From assembly GCF_036321535.1 (NCBI RefSeq), contig NC_087438.1, forward strand, positions 7,504,001 to 7,568,000: DNA of 64,000 nt. Direction: 5' to 3'. The notes below the pieces were generated by a model. The model ran no database searches. It was not told the origin of the DNA and worked only from the letters and a program-made list of their open reading frames with translations. The position numbers and the translations under genes were made by a program. Origin of the DNA: Camelus dromedarius (Eukaryota). Each line of letters opens with the position of its first letter. The first letter of the stretch is position 1. Positions 1 through 12,096 of this stretch are shown here, one piece after another.

Positions 1-637
1 GCAAATTTTTCAGCAAGAGGACTCCTGTAATAAAAGAGCCGTTTCAAAGCTGGGAGCTTTTCTTTGGCTTTCCCCGGAGTACCTGTCGTCACCCTGTGCT
101 GTGATCCCTCATCACACAAGGGAGGGAGGTTCAGGGATGCTGTTGCCTGTTTCAAAAGTCCTCCCCACTCAGACTTTCTGTGATTAATGCCTTCACCTCT
201 CTCCCCACGAGGTGTTAAGACTTTATGGTCCTTTTACTAAAAAGCATGAGATTGAGCTTTCCCCTGACCTCATTCTAACCCTCCCAAATTTGAGCCTGCC
301 TGTTTTGAAGACCACTGGCAGGGAAACTGATGAACCAGAACTGAAGCTAAACTCTGAACAACTTCATTTCACGCAGGTCTTTCCAAGTTCTGCTAATGGC
401 ACGTGCAGGGTCACAATGATCCTCAAAGGACACCAGCCAGGACTCCCTGGAAACAAGGGTTGGGGCCTGATTCTGATTTAGATATGGACATTTAAGGCAA
501 AGGAAGGGGCACTTTGTTTTGACTTAGGTTTCCCAATGGAGCAACGTTTTGAAGAAAATGCCAGTTCTCTTTGCCAGGGAACTACCGAGTGTCGGGGTAC
601 TGAGGCACGGCTGGTGAGGGCGCTGGGTCCTCGCCGG
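1..637 (-). other. DAP: DAP 3' UTR (partial, continues beyond the window)
   Basis: Lies directly downstream of the stop codon. I saw no minus-strand AATAAA in 1-637, so the poly(A) site is probably outside the window. Confidence 0.8.
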
Positions 638-751
638 TCACTTGCGAGGCTGCTGGATGTGCTGGGTTCTCGGAGAAGAATGCTTGTCCATGGAGGCATG
701 GGGCTTCTGATGAGCCACCTGGGCAGCTGCCGGGGGGAAGTCTTTGTCGCC
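638..751 (-). CDS. DAP: DAP coding exon 4 (GDKDFPPAAAQVAHQKPHASMDKHSSPRTQHIQQPRK-stop)
   Basis: Acceptor tttccgtgtctcccaacag|GGC; TGA at 640-638; conserved DAP-family C-terminus HIQQPRK. Confidence 0.97.
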   Translation of the reverse strand, partial: GDKDFPPAAAQVAHQKPHASMDKHSSPRTQHIQQPRK

Positions 752-1717
752 CTGTTGGGAGACACGGAAAGTATAGACTCATCAGCCATGAGCAGCTGGG
801 TGAGCACATGAGCAAGCCCCAAACCCTGCACCCCCTGGCTTCCCTGTGGGGCGGCAGACACCGGGGGCGGGTACCATGGGCAGTGACAGAGTAGGGAACC
901 AGTCTACAGGTAGCAGCCCATCTCATGGGACTGCGGGGGTCCTCAAGCTCTCTGGGGAACTTAATGGGGCAGTGTGACCCACATACCTTCCAGAAGGGGA
1001 GAAAGCTCACTGTCTCTTCCCCTGAAGCCATGGGATCAGGTCACCATACAACTCACTCAGAGCTGAGTTGGGTGTTGGGTAGCTTTTTTTTTCCTGCTAA
1101 AACTGTTCCTGTGATCTTTTGAATTGGGGGGGCAAGACAGAACCAAATTCAGGGTCTTAAATTCAGATTTGCTGCCACTGCTGCGGGTGGGGCCAGGGCA
1201 CTGGTTGGGGAGGAAACACACAGGGCAGGGGCTGGATGCTGTGAGATAAGCCAGAATCAATCCACTGAGTGTCAGAGACGGTACCTGGCTATTTCTCAGG
1301 AAGGAATTGCCTTCTTGTGTGTGTGTGTATGTGTGTATGTGAAGGGGCTGGAGCCCAGGCCACCCCAGGGCAGGTGAGAGCCATGGTGAGCTCTTGGCTG
1401 AGCCAACTGGCCTGGGGTGACCTTGGACGTGTGTCGGCATTTCCTTTCATCGCATGTAGTAGATGTGCCACCTGTCTGTCTCAGGGTCTCTGGACGGCTG
1501 TGATGAGCTGTCCCCCAAAACAGCATTTTCTGTACACGTCATATGCTAAGGGCTTGAGTGGGCTGTGAGCCGCAGAGCTGTGGATGGAATAAGTGTGCTA
1601 CTCCCAAAACGGGGGTTTGCTGAGGGGAGGTCTGTAGTTGCAAAAAAATGCTCGGTCTCGCCAGAAGGCGGGGCTCTTGAAAGACAAAGAGTGTGACCAA
1701 AACTCATGAGTTTAGTC

Positions 1718-2083
1718 CAGGGGTCAGCAACTCTTTTCTGTAATGGGCCAGGGAGTAAACGTTTTAGGCTTTTCAGGTCATTACTCTTTGCTCAACTATT
1801 GGGTTCCGCCAGTACACCCTGAAAGCGGCCACAGATGCTACATCCATGAACGGCATGGCTGTGTGCCACGAAAACCCTATTCACGGACACTGAAATGTGA
1901 ATTTCATGTAATTTTCACATATCATTCCATATAAGTCTTATTTCAAAATTTTCAACCCTTTAAAAATGTAAAAACATTCTCAGCTCACTATCACCCAGAA
2001 GCCCTCAGGCCCGGGGGATAGTCTGGCCCTGGGGATAGTCTGGCCCGGGGATAGTCTGGCCCGGGGATAGTCTGGTGGTCCTG
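1718..2083 (+). mobile_element. hAT-Charlie MITE, MER58B-like
   Basis: Begins CAGGGGTCAGCAAC and ends CCTG; internal MER58-like text (ggcatggctgtgtgcca...ggacactgaaatgtgaatttcatgtaattttcac); degenerate 8-bp TSD gtttagtc / gctgagtc. Confidence 0.75.
2008..2073. repeat. Tandem repeat, 4 x 16-17 bp (GGCCCGGGGATAGTCT)
   Basis: Units read directly at 2008, 2025, 2042 and 2058. Confidence 0.95.
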
Positions 2084-2314
2084 GCTGAGTCTAAAGAGAA
2101 GGGAGGCGGGTGAGGATGCAGGAGGGACAGGCAGCACTAGCTCATGCTGCGGGCTCCGTGTCACCACTGTCCCGTCCACCCCCGACCACAGAAGCACCAT
2201 CCACAGACATGGGACAACTAAGAGACCCCTGGACCCTGGGTGGACAAGTGAACAAAGACAGGAGGAACCAGGAGGTCGCGTGCTGAGGCCCCGATTTGCT
2301 GAAACGGCTCTTAC

Positions 2315-2357
2315 CCGGGCGATGACTCCAGAGATGAACACGGTCGGTTTGGGGGGA
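2315..2357 (-). CDS. DAP: DAP coding exon 3 (SPPKPTVFISGVIAR)
   Basis: Acceptor ttttcccttcttgtcttccag|T and donor CGG|GTAAGA; 43 nt, phase 2 to phase 0. Confidence 0.97.
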
Positions 2358-3029
2358 CTGGAAGACAAGAAGGGAAAAGACCTTGAACATCACAAATTAC
2401 AGAAGAGGAACGAGGCAGGCGACACGAATGTGGAGACTGGCTTCAGGGCAGTGGGACAAACAAGGACTCTCAGGAGGGAGGGGGAAGTGGGAAGCAACCT
2501 TCTTCCTCTGTTACTTCATCACAACGACCCGCTGGCCGCTGGGCTCAGGACGCTTGGGGGTCCTCCTCCTCCTGAGGCTGAGCTCCGGCAAAGAGAGAGA
2601 ACGACTGTGCAGACAACAACCAAGTTGCTGGAAAGCTCTTTCTTTTTTGTTTTTGTTTTTTTTGTTAATCCTTAAACTGTAACTATGGGCAAGTCCAGTA
2701 GTTTCGGTTTCAACAGATGGTGGACATCAGCGCTTTCTGAAGCAGGGAAGGAGCAGGGTCACGCTGGACGGACGCAGAGACTCCAACCAAGGAGCTTCCT
2801 GTCCTGTAGGCTGAGGGGTCCCTCTTCCAGAGTCTTTGCAGAATTCATGGCTTCTGGAAGCTTCTAATGGGTGAGATCCCAGAGCTGGTGCAAAGCTCCT
2901 GGCCCCTAAGGGACCCCACGTGTTAAAAAACCTACCGTCCTTGTGAAGCTACTGCCATTTGTTAGCTTCTTTCATCATACTGAGCTGGCCCCCACTGTCA
3001 CCAATATGGACGGGATGGAACATAGGACC

Positions 3030-3315
3030 AAAGCAATACGTGTTCATTGCTAAAAAGTGGACAAGCCGAGCATGTTAAAATCACTTGTAGTTCCACCTCC
3101 AGGAGGTAATCACTGTTAACACATGAGTTCTCCTTCCAGTCTTCCTTTCTATAGATAGACAGACTTACTTGCTTTCTTATTAAATTTCTTTTCTTACCAG
3201 AGAGTCACCTCGTTTGGTAGTCTGCTTTCTGCACTTAGGGTCTGATGGGCATACTTCCACGTTATTACATACTCTTCTATGCAGTTAAAAAAATGGCTGC
3301 ACATGTCATAGTTTA
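3030..3315 (-). mobile_element. Ancient L1 (L1ME-like) 3' fragment
   Basis: Degenerate L1ME 3'-end text (aatacgtgttcattg...gtaatcactgttaac...tgctttctgcactta...aatggctgca). Confidence 0.45.
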
Positions 3316-6246
3316 AAAATACCAGAACACAGTTCTGGGTGGTACACGGGGGTGCACACCTTTGAGATATCTCGGCCAGGGGCAAGGGGACCTGGCAGCA
3401 GTAGATCAATGCAAGGCCAGCCAGCCAGCAGCGAGAGCGCGATGTGGGCAGCTCCCAAGGGTGGCCCGTTTTGCTGAAGGCTGGTCTTGTGGGCAGACGT
3501 CCTAGGAGCTGCTCAGCCCGCCTCCCACCAGCTCTGCTGCTCTGCTCCACTGCAGGGGGTCCCTTAAAGGAAATCACTTGTCTCCGCTTTGTTTTGCTAC
3601 AGGCAAAAGTCCAAATATTCAGAACGTTTACTGTTTACATCCCAGAAAGTTTAGCAAAACCCCCCAGAATTCCCCCAAGTAATTTCTGTTACTCCACGAG
3701 GCTAAGAAATTTCAAGTCTTACTAAGCAGCACAGAAATGTTCCCTACATGACATTGGTTTTGTTTTATTTAGCTTTTGTTGTGTGGTTAACTGGGTTGGT
3801 GTTTTTTTTTTTTTCTTTCTTTTCTTTTCTTTTATGACAAATATGACTCGACTATGGGATCAGTAGCCAGTCAGGGAAGAATAAGTTCGGCTCAAGTGTA
3901 AGTCTCGGATGCAGTACGTTTGTATTCATTGGACTCTAAGCACATCCTGCCCTGACGGTTCCAAATCACCACGAACTCTGCCCCCAGGGTATTCACCGCC
4001 AAGGGTATCACAACCTAAGCTTGAGAACTGTGCTCTGGATTCTAACATTTTCTAAGTGTTTTGGGGAAGGAATATGAAAATGGCAGCACAAATTTTTCTT
4101 AAGTTTTGAATGTTCCTTTAAAAATCGAGGGAGAGCTTGGAGTGGGGATGGTTCCATTCTGATAACTAATTATGCGGCATCGCCTTCTGATAAAGCACGG
4201 CCACCTTTTGGTACCGAGAGTGCTGATGGCTTCAGTAATCTCCGGTTTTTATTGGTTTTGTACCTAAGTCAAGACTCTGAAAGGCAGAAATAGAGACAGC
4301 CCCCTCTCCCCAGCAAGAACGTGATGAGAAAGTCACCCACACAGAGTGAATTAATTAGAATAAACACACAGCAGAGGAGAGTCGCCCCCTAGCTCCAAAG
4401 TGAGCCCCTTGGGTGGCCGGGGAAGCTTGGGTCTTTACAGATATAAATATATATTCTCTCTCTCTATGTATACTCATTGTTGAAAAGCAGACCAAAAAAA
4501 AAAAAAAAGTTAAAATCGCTTGTAATTCTATATTACTATGTGTATAAGATTCACAAACACACATTTCTGCACAGAACTGGACTGTAAGAAAATCACAGCC
4601 GAATCAGTCCATCAGCTCCTGGCGGTGTGGCGTCATGCTGCTGAGTGATGAGCGGGTCCCAGCAGAGCGCCAGCCTGCGGGGGCCCCTCGGACGCCCAGT
4701 CCCCGCGGGACCGCGCCCTTGCCCCGAGGCTCCTGGAGAGCTGGTTATCAGGAGTCTGTTCCCGTACCCGCTCCCCTGGGCACGGAGGAGGGGTCCCCAG
4801 ACCCAAGAGCCCCATCACTGAGTCCCTCCTCCAACCTGATGGCCGTCCCGGTCTCAGCGGTCCGAGAGTTAACCCTCCGCGCTCCGGCTTTTTCCATCCA
4901 AGTTAGATCCTGGGTGTCTCCCGCGTTAACACCAGTGTTTTAGGCCCTGATTCGAATGCATCTCAGGAAGTATGTGTATGAATGACTTTGATAAGATATA
5001 ACGATGCTGCTCCAGCCCAAGTGTTCGAAAATGCACATGAAGGAACCGCCTCACATCTGGAATCATCCGCCGGGTACAATGTTTATTTTCCTGGCGCCCA
5101 CTTCTGCGTCTCCCCACCCCCCCCACAGTGAGCCTCCCAAGGACCTGTCCCGTCATGACTATGGACACTCTGGGGACCAAAGGAGATCCCTGAAATAAGA
5201 GTGACCCCTCCCCGCAAGTCCTGGCTCATTCCCTAAGGGGTGATCAGGGTCTGTGGGTGCAGAACCGAAGGGTCCCCGGGGCGCAGCAAGATGGTGCCCC
5301 CTCCCCTGGTTCACCTCTCTCCCTCTCACCCCTGGTCTCACCCTTGCACTTCGACACCTCATTACTTAAGCTGTTAAGTTTTGACAGCGTGTTGGATTCT
5401 GCTTCTAAAGGGAGAGTCTAGCAACGAAGAACATGTTGACCCAGAGGAAAGAAGTGTGCTGCTAATAACAGTTGGGGTGACGGTGGAGGTGAGCCGGGTG
5501 CGGGCTTGCTTTGTAAACCAGATGCCTTATGGTTTGTGTATTCTGTACAATGTGGCTACTCCAGTTTGAGGTGGGGGGATTTTAGAAACACAATACCTGA
5601 AATGTATGAACGACTTCTTGGCTGGGGGTGAAACTAGGGAACAACGTTCCGTCAGCAGTGGTCTCCCCGTAGGGGGCCATGTACCCCAGGGAGGCCCCTG
5701 GGAAAGGAATATGGAAATGGTAAATACCAAAAACTACAGGAGTAAAGATGAAAATTTTACATGAATATAAATATTAAACAAAAAGTAAATATGAAATAAT
5801 TAAGAGTTAAAGTTCAACTATCCTCTTTTCAAACCTTTGCTTTCTGTATGTGCCTTAAACATACACTGTTATCTTATCAACGTGTATTCTGTCCAGTTAA
5901 CCTGGGGCAAGGTGGGGACAATGGCATGACCTCAAAGACTTTATCCCCAGTCTCTGCTCTCCAGCATGGGTACCAGTGAGAAATAAATAAGGAAAAGCCC
6001 TGCAGATCCAGCATGTCTGAAGAGAGGTTCTTGCTTTAAGGTTGCACTTTTTCCATTTTTTAAAACAAACAAACAAATAAACAAACAAAAAAACAGACAT
6101 TCAAGGATTGTGCTGTAAGTGCAAAGTCTTATCCAGTCTGAGAGGAGACTCTGGCCTGCGTTAGCTCTGGTCGGCTCTAGGTAAATGAACAGAGTTCAGG
6201 TTCTCCCCTCCCTTCCAAGTTTCCCCAGCTAGCTCAGCAACTAATT

Positions 6247-6970
6247 TTTTAGAAAAATTGTTTACCTTTTAAACCATTTTTAATTGTACAATTCAGTGTC
6301 ATTAAGTGGATTCGCATTGTTATGTTATGTAAGCATCCCCATTATCCACTTCCATGACTTTTTCATCATCCTCAACAGACCCTGTACCTATTAAACAGTA
6401 ACTCCCCACTACCCCTTCCTGAGCCCCTGCTAACTGCTGGTCTTCCTTCTGTCCTGAGAACTGAACTAATCTAGGTACCTTATATGAGTGGAATCAGACA
6501 ATAGTTGCCTTGTTGTGTCTGGCTTTTTTCACTTTGCATAATGCCTTCAAGGTTTATCCATGTTGTACCCTGTGTCAGAATTTCCTTGCTTTTTAAAGGC
6601 TGAATAATATTCCACTATATGGATAGACTACATTTCTTTTATCCATTCATCTGCTGATGGACACTTGGGCTGTTTCTACTTTTTGGTGACTATGAATAGT
6701 ACAGCTATGAACAACATGTGAGTAAGCTCTCATGCGGACACGTGGAAATACACCTTCATTTCCCTGGGTAGATCTCTAGGAGTGGGATTGCCGGGTCACG
6801 TAATAATTGTCCTTATCTTTTAGAGGGACCCCCTGACGGCCGTCTACCATTGCAGGTTCCCTCCAGCAACGCGTAAGGGTTCAATTTCTCCCCATCTTCA
6901 CCACATAGTATTACTGTTATTTTTTATAGCAGCCGTCCTAATGGGTGTGAAGTGCTATTGCATTGTGATT
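6247..6970 (-). mobile_element. L1 (L1MB-like) 3' fragment
   Basis: Typical antisense L1 3'-end phrases: ttatccattcatctgctgatggacacttgggctgtttc, atgagtggaatca, ctaatgggtgtgaagtg. Confidence 0.85.
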
Positions 6971-7821
6971 AGACTTAGCAACTAATTTTAAGAATAAGCT
7001 TCCTTGCAGCAAAGAAATAAATACTGATCTGTATCAATCATTTAAGGTCTTTATGACATAAAGCTCCTCCTCCTAAAGTCTTCTTGCCTCTAAAATGACA
7101 AGGCCGTAGTTGACTATAAGGACATATGACAGCTTCCTGGGAAAAGATGACAGAAGGCTGGACTCTCACGTTGTAATCGAGAACGATTGTTTCCTTGGAT
7201 TGGCAGAGTGTGTGTGCGCTGTGGGTTTTCATCAGGCTTGGCCAAAGGGCCCTGAGCTCAATGCCTTTTCCATCTACAATTAATAACATCTAAAACTGGT
7301 AAATGATTGTTCATTACATTTATACAGTGAAAACACTTTCTAAACTTGAGCTACGGCAGCATAAATTCACGAGCCCCAGGAAAGCGTCTGCCCTCGAAGC
7401 CGTGTTTGCAAAAACACACGCATTTTAAATTCCATTAGGGTTCCATGCAAAACGCAACCTACATTTCCAAGATTCTATAAACTGTGATAGCGGCTTTGAG
7501 GATTTATTTAATCTGATGAGAATCATTCTGACAGATGTGGTTTTGAAGAAGCCACATGACTTTCTCTCGGGAAACAGAGACAGTGAAAAATATCATGCCT
7601 GCCCTCCCCACATCCCCAGGCCTTTCCAGTTTCTGAAAACCATACTTCTTTAAATTGAGAGGAACCGCAAGCAGGATGGAATTCGTGGGGATCAGAGCCC
7701 TCGTGACACTTCTTACACATCAGCAGACACCGTCCCTTCGTCACACCTTGCCTGTGCGGCTGCCAAGTATTTGGTGCACGTAGGTTTCCAGTGTTCACCT
7801 GTCAAGGACCACATCACATTC

Positions 7822-8032
7822 TTTTTTTTTTTTTTTTTGATGGTTTAAAAATAAATTGAAGTAAGTCAACTTACAATGTTATGTTAATTTCTGGTGTACA
7901 GCATAGTGATTCAGTTGCACGTATATATATTCTTTTTCAGCATAGGCTATTACAAGCTATCGAATATGGTTCCCTGTGCTGGATAGTAGGACCTTGTTGT
8001 TTATCTATTGTATATACAGTAGTGTGTATCTG
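7822..8032 (-). mobile_element. Young lineage L1 3' end, 5'-truncated
   Basis: Poly-T followed by ttacaatgttatgttaatttctggtgtacagcatagtgattcagtt...tccctgtgct...gtaggaccttg; flanked by cacattc on both sides. Confidence 0.85.
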
Positions 8033-8080
8033 CACATTCATAACAGGGTCATTTGTCCTTAACAAGTTTCCTGTTCTTTA

Positions 8081-8180
8081 GAGAAGGAGGGCATAGTTCA
8101 GGGGTAGAGTGCATGCTTAGCACATGCGAGATCTCTGGTACCTCCATTAAAATAAATAAATAAACCTAAACAAACAAACA
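8081..8180 (+). mobile_element. Camelid tRNA-derived SINE (vic-1-like) with internal deletion
   Basis: ggagggcatagttcaggggtagagtgcatgcttagcac...ggtacctcc plus (AAAT)n tail; TSD ttcctgttcttta / ttcctattcttta; the B-box segment is missing. Confidence 0.8.
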
Positions 8181-8419
8181 ACACTTCCTATTCTTTATTT
8201 TCCTAAATTTCCTTGATGAGTAAGGTTTATGCCTTACTGACATTCTCAGAAAAAGCAGAAGGCAGGACAGACACCAGAAATGCTTAGTGAGCGAGCACGT
8301 GACCCTGTGACATGCAGGTGTCTTCATGACTGAGTTTTGATGACTTTAAATGAAAGTCCCCAGGGCTGAGAAAACTGAATTCAAATTTTTTAAACTCCAC
8401 TGAACTCTAAAACAGCAAT

Positions 8420-8540
8420 TATTGAAATATATTTCAATCTCTTTTATTTAACTCAACATATCCAAAATCCAATAGCTAATCAGTAGAAAAATTATTGAGA
8501 TTACTTGACGTTCCTTTTTTGTGTCCTAAGACTTCACAAG
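8420..8540. mobile_element. hAT-Charlie fragment (MER33-like)
   Basis: ttttatttaactcaacatatccaaaat...aaaaattattgagattacttgacgttccttttttgt resembles MER33 internal sequence. Confidence 0.45.
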
Positions 8541-9754
8541 GACTGTCAGAGCAGGCAGGTCCTGGGCGACGTGACATTTTCTGCTCAGCTCTGAGACATG
8601 GAAATCCACTGTCCCAGGAGTCAGGGCTGGACGGAGCCTAATGGACACCTAGTCCAGCTTCCCTCTCGTGTGGAATTCAGCCACAGCCCATGCCTTTGTG
8701 CTTCTGCGGGTGAGGAACTCGTGGCCCTCAGGGTGGACTCATGGTGACACAGTCTCTGGCTCCCTGCACTTCACCCAGTGGCCCCAACCCAAGTCTAAGG
8801 CCTCCTCCGTGGGACAGCCCCTCCATGTTTGAGGAAGGTGACCACAGGCCTCTTGGCCAGACTTGTGGGAGTGACTGCAGATTCCTTCACGATCTCAGAC
8901 TCTCCCTACCTCCGTCTGGTGTAGTTTCTCGAGTTTTCCCTGGGACCCCAGTCAGCACTCTCGGTGTGCTCAAGCAGCCCTGCCTTCTGCAGAGCGCCCG
9001 TGTTCCTGGTCCCAGAACACGGATGCCGCTCCTCCTGGGGGCTGTGGAGAGCAGCTCAGCCTGGGGAGGTGATTCTGGGCTCCTTGACAAGAACCGAAAT
9101 GCCGCCAGCCTTCCTTGGGCTGCTGTCAGTGCCACGTGGTCAGAGAGCTAGGTACCCGCTGTCCTGCACCAACCCTGCTTTCCCAGTCATTACACGGGGT
9201 GCTTTCCCTTCTTTCCTTGACCCCTAGAGGGTTAAGCCCTTAGAAATCCTTTCCTAAGGGGGTTCCACCCTCCCCAAAGTGCAGGGCTCTTTATTCCTCT
9301 AAAAATGGGCTCCTGTGAAGTGGGGCTGTGGGGGCTAGGGGTGTGCACAGGATCCAGCACCCGCTTAGCTGGCCAGCCCATGCCTTCCCAGCCGTCCAAA
9401 TGGGGACTGGAGTCACTGAGCTGCCAGGCAGGAGCATTCTGAGCTGAGGACACACACACAGAGTAATCAGTAAGACAGGGAATTCAGGCAAGTCACCAGT
9501 CCTATAGCAAGTCATCAAAATGGTGGCAAGGCATTGCCAAGAGTTCTGTTTAACAGAATTGCTTTCAGGTTCACAGTTTGGGTCTGGGTTCAAGGAGGTC
9601 CACCAAGTCATCCCCTGCAAATGCTTTCTCCTCTTCACGTATGTGCGTTCTGAAAATACCAGTGGGCGTTTTATACACAGAAGATGGGGACACACAGCTT
9701 TCAATGAGTTGTTCTTTAGTTTCTCTGAAGGATGGGAACGATCTTAGGTGGTAA

Positions 9755-9950
9755 GAGCCACTCTTCACTGATCGCTTACCCGAGGCCAGGCACTGAGTTC
9801 AGTGCTTCACACAGAATTGTTATGTCTAACCCTTTCAGCCCTATGAAGTAGAACTATTCTCCCCATTTTACAGATGAGGGGACAGTAGATCAGAGAGGTT
9901 CAGCAACTTGCCTGATGGTTGCACAGCAGATAAAGGCTCTGAGCCAGACG
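9755..9950 (-). mobile_element. MIR SINE
   Basis: ccaggcactg...ccccattttacagatgagg...cagagaggttcagcaacttgcc (antisense MIR core). Confidence 0.8.
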
Positions 9951-10589
9951 AGGAACGAGGGCGGCCCAGGGCGTTGGCCTGATGCCCTCATTTCAGGGCT
10001 GAGAAGTGGGTCACGGAGCAGCCTCTGATTTTAGGTTCTGGCTTCTGTACATGACTTAGAGATGCAGAGTTTTAAAGTAAGTCATCTAAATGCAACCAGA
10101 GAATCCTTATTCAACCAGACAGTACGATGTATTCAAACCTGCCTAAGCACTTACTTTCTGACTTGATAATGGTTTTTTTTTCCTTGAAAACTACCGTGTA
10201 TGTCTGTAGTCCTTAACTAGGGTACAGAGCGCTTCCACCTAAATTATTAACTCATCTGATTCTCTTCAGCAGTGTTATCCCTATTTTATGGGTGAAGGGA
10301 TGGCTGCTGGAAGAGGCTGAAACTTGTCTGCGGTCCCGGAGGCCGAGCCCAGAGGCTTGCTCAGCTCGGTGCTCTTTGTTGGGTCATGGGTCCCACCACC
10401 ACCCACAACTCAGCACCTGAGCTTCAGGAACAAAGCCCAGTGAAGGTTTCAAACTGTCCCTCAAGTTCAGAATGCAGTGGACACCGTCTAAGAAGGAAAC
10501 CAGGAGGAAAGGTGGCAGGTGGTCGCCCCTGACTGTGGGCTCTGATGTCAGACCATCCTGGCTTTGCCAGTGGTTGGCTGGTGGGCTGG

Positions 10590-10705
10590 CATCTGACCTT
10601 CTGAGGCTCAGTTTCCTTATCTGTAAAATGGGTGAAAGTGGACTCTCCCTCACCAGGTGACTGCACATACCCACACGGCTTAGCACTCAGCAAATGATAG
10701 GTGTT
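10590..10705 (+). mobile_element. MIR SINE fragment
   Basis: ctcagtttccttatctgtaaaatggg core. Confidence 0.7.
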
Positions 10706-11957
10706 GGGGTGACAATGACACCTCCCCGGCCCCTCCCGTGTACCCTCTGTGCGGTTCCACTAATTCACAACTGGTTCAGTTGTCTCACCTTCAGTTTCCC
10801 TTGCCGCATAGAATAAATAACCCTACTTATCTGGGACAGAAAATCTTCCAAGTAAGCAAAAAGAGGGTCTGTGATACACAAAACAGATGTCACCAAACCA
10901 TGGACTTCAAGGAAAACTCTGTGGACTGTCAATCTTTTTGATTCCTATTTTGACGTCATCAGAACGGCTTGGTTGTTGGTTTCCCAGCCCAGGAGAAGAA
11001 AGAAGATGAGAAGAAAGGGCTGAACGTGTGTGATGAGGCCACGTGAGCTTACAGCGAGGCTGCTGCCCCACCGGGAAGAGGCTCTGTCTGCGACCACCCG
11101 CTCCTCCTCCATCCCCAGCTCCTGGTCACAGTACGGGAGGCGAGTGTGGAAGGAAGCCTGGCGGGGGTGCTGGCAGTGGCCTGCGGGTGCACCGCGCCAT
11201 CAAGGCTACATCAGGACCTGGGAGCTGTCATCAGGTGATGCTCCCTCCCTTCCTGGTAAGAAAGCACATGACTGCTCAGCAAGGGATTTCCCCCTAAAAA
11301 TTTCCCTAGAAGTCAGAGCTGCCCTGTGAGTCAGGGAGGGTGCTCTCCTGGACACGCAGGCCTAGAGACCTGAGTCAGGGTCTCGACTTCTTTTTCCAAC
11401 AAGCAGCTAACACGCTGGGTCTCGGAGGGGTACTCCATGGAGGGGAGTCAGTGCAGACCCCGAGAAGGTGGGGTTTAGGCTGAGATCCACGTGTGAGCGT
11501 GTGCACACGCGTGTGTCATGCGAGGGACACGATGCCAGAGCACAGTGAGAAGGAAGGGGCACAGTTCCACCTGCTGCCGTCAGCACGAAGCGAAGGGGGT
11601 CGAAGGCCCTCTCCGCTCACAGTGATGGAGTGGGGTGGCTTGGCCCCCCCCACCCCATGACAGATTCCTGGGGAAAACCATCTTCTTGCCGACCCTCCTC
11701 AAGACAGGACACGCAGCGCCTTGAGGCTGTCTAGAAGCAGATCCTGTGACTACGTTCCAACTCTGCTCTAAACCTGTGGTTTTGTGTTTTCATAGAGTTT
11801 ATGGAAAAATATATTCCCTCGTGGGTGATTTTAAACACATTTCCTAGTAAACAGAAGGGAAACAAATCTTGTCTAGCCATTGTAGCTCTTGAAATATCTT
11901 TTTGGTTTGGTGTTCGCTTATTTGGGTTATTAATTTTCTAGACACCAAAATAATAAT

Positions 11958-12096
11958 TTTTTGAGTTAAAAAATTTTTTTTTGAGGCGGGGAGGAAATCA
12001 GGTTTACTTATTTATTTTTAGAGGAGGTACCGGGGATTGAACCCATGACTTTGTGTACGCTAAGCATGCGCTCTACTACTTGAGATATACCCTCCC
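11958..12096 (-). mobile_element. Camelid tRNA-derived SINE (vic-1-like)
   Basis: Minus strand reads GGGAGGGTATATCTCAAGTAGTAGAGCGCATGCTTAGC...GGGTTCAATCCCCGGTACCTCC with A-rich tail; 15-bp TSD caccaaaataataat (11943-11957) / caccgaaataataat (12097-12111). Confidence 0.9.

Noticed and set aside
29..34. AATAAA as the DAP poly(A) signal
   Set aside because: It is on the + strand, opposite to DAP.
630..640. Programmed stop-codon readthrough of DAP (TGA-C)
   Set aside because: The context is TGA CCG G, not the established mammalian TGA CTAG motif; no other support.
12020..12096. tRNA gene
   Set aside because: The tRNA-like A/B boxes belong to a SINE with an A-rich tail and TSD; the same applies to the copies at 8081, 18689 and 55756.
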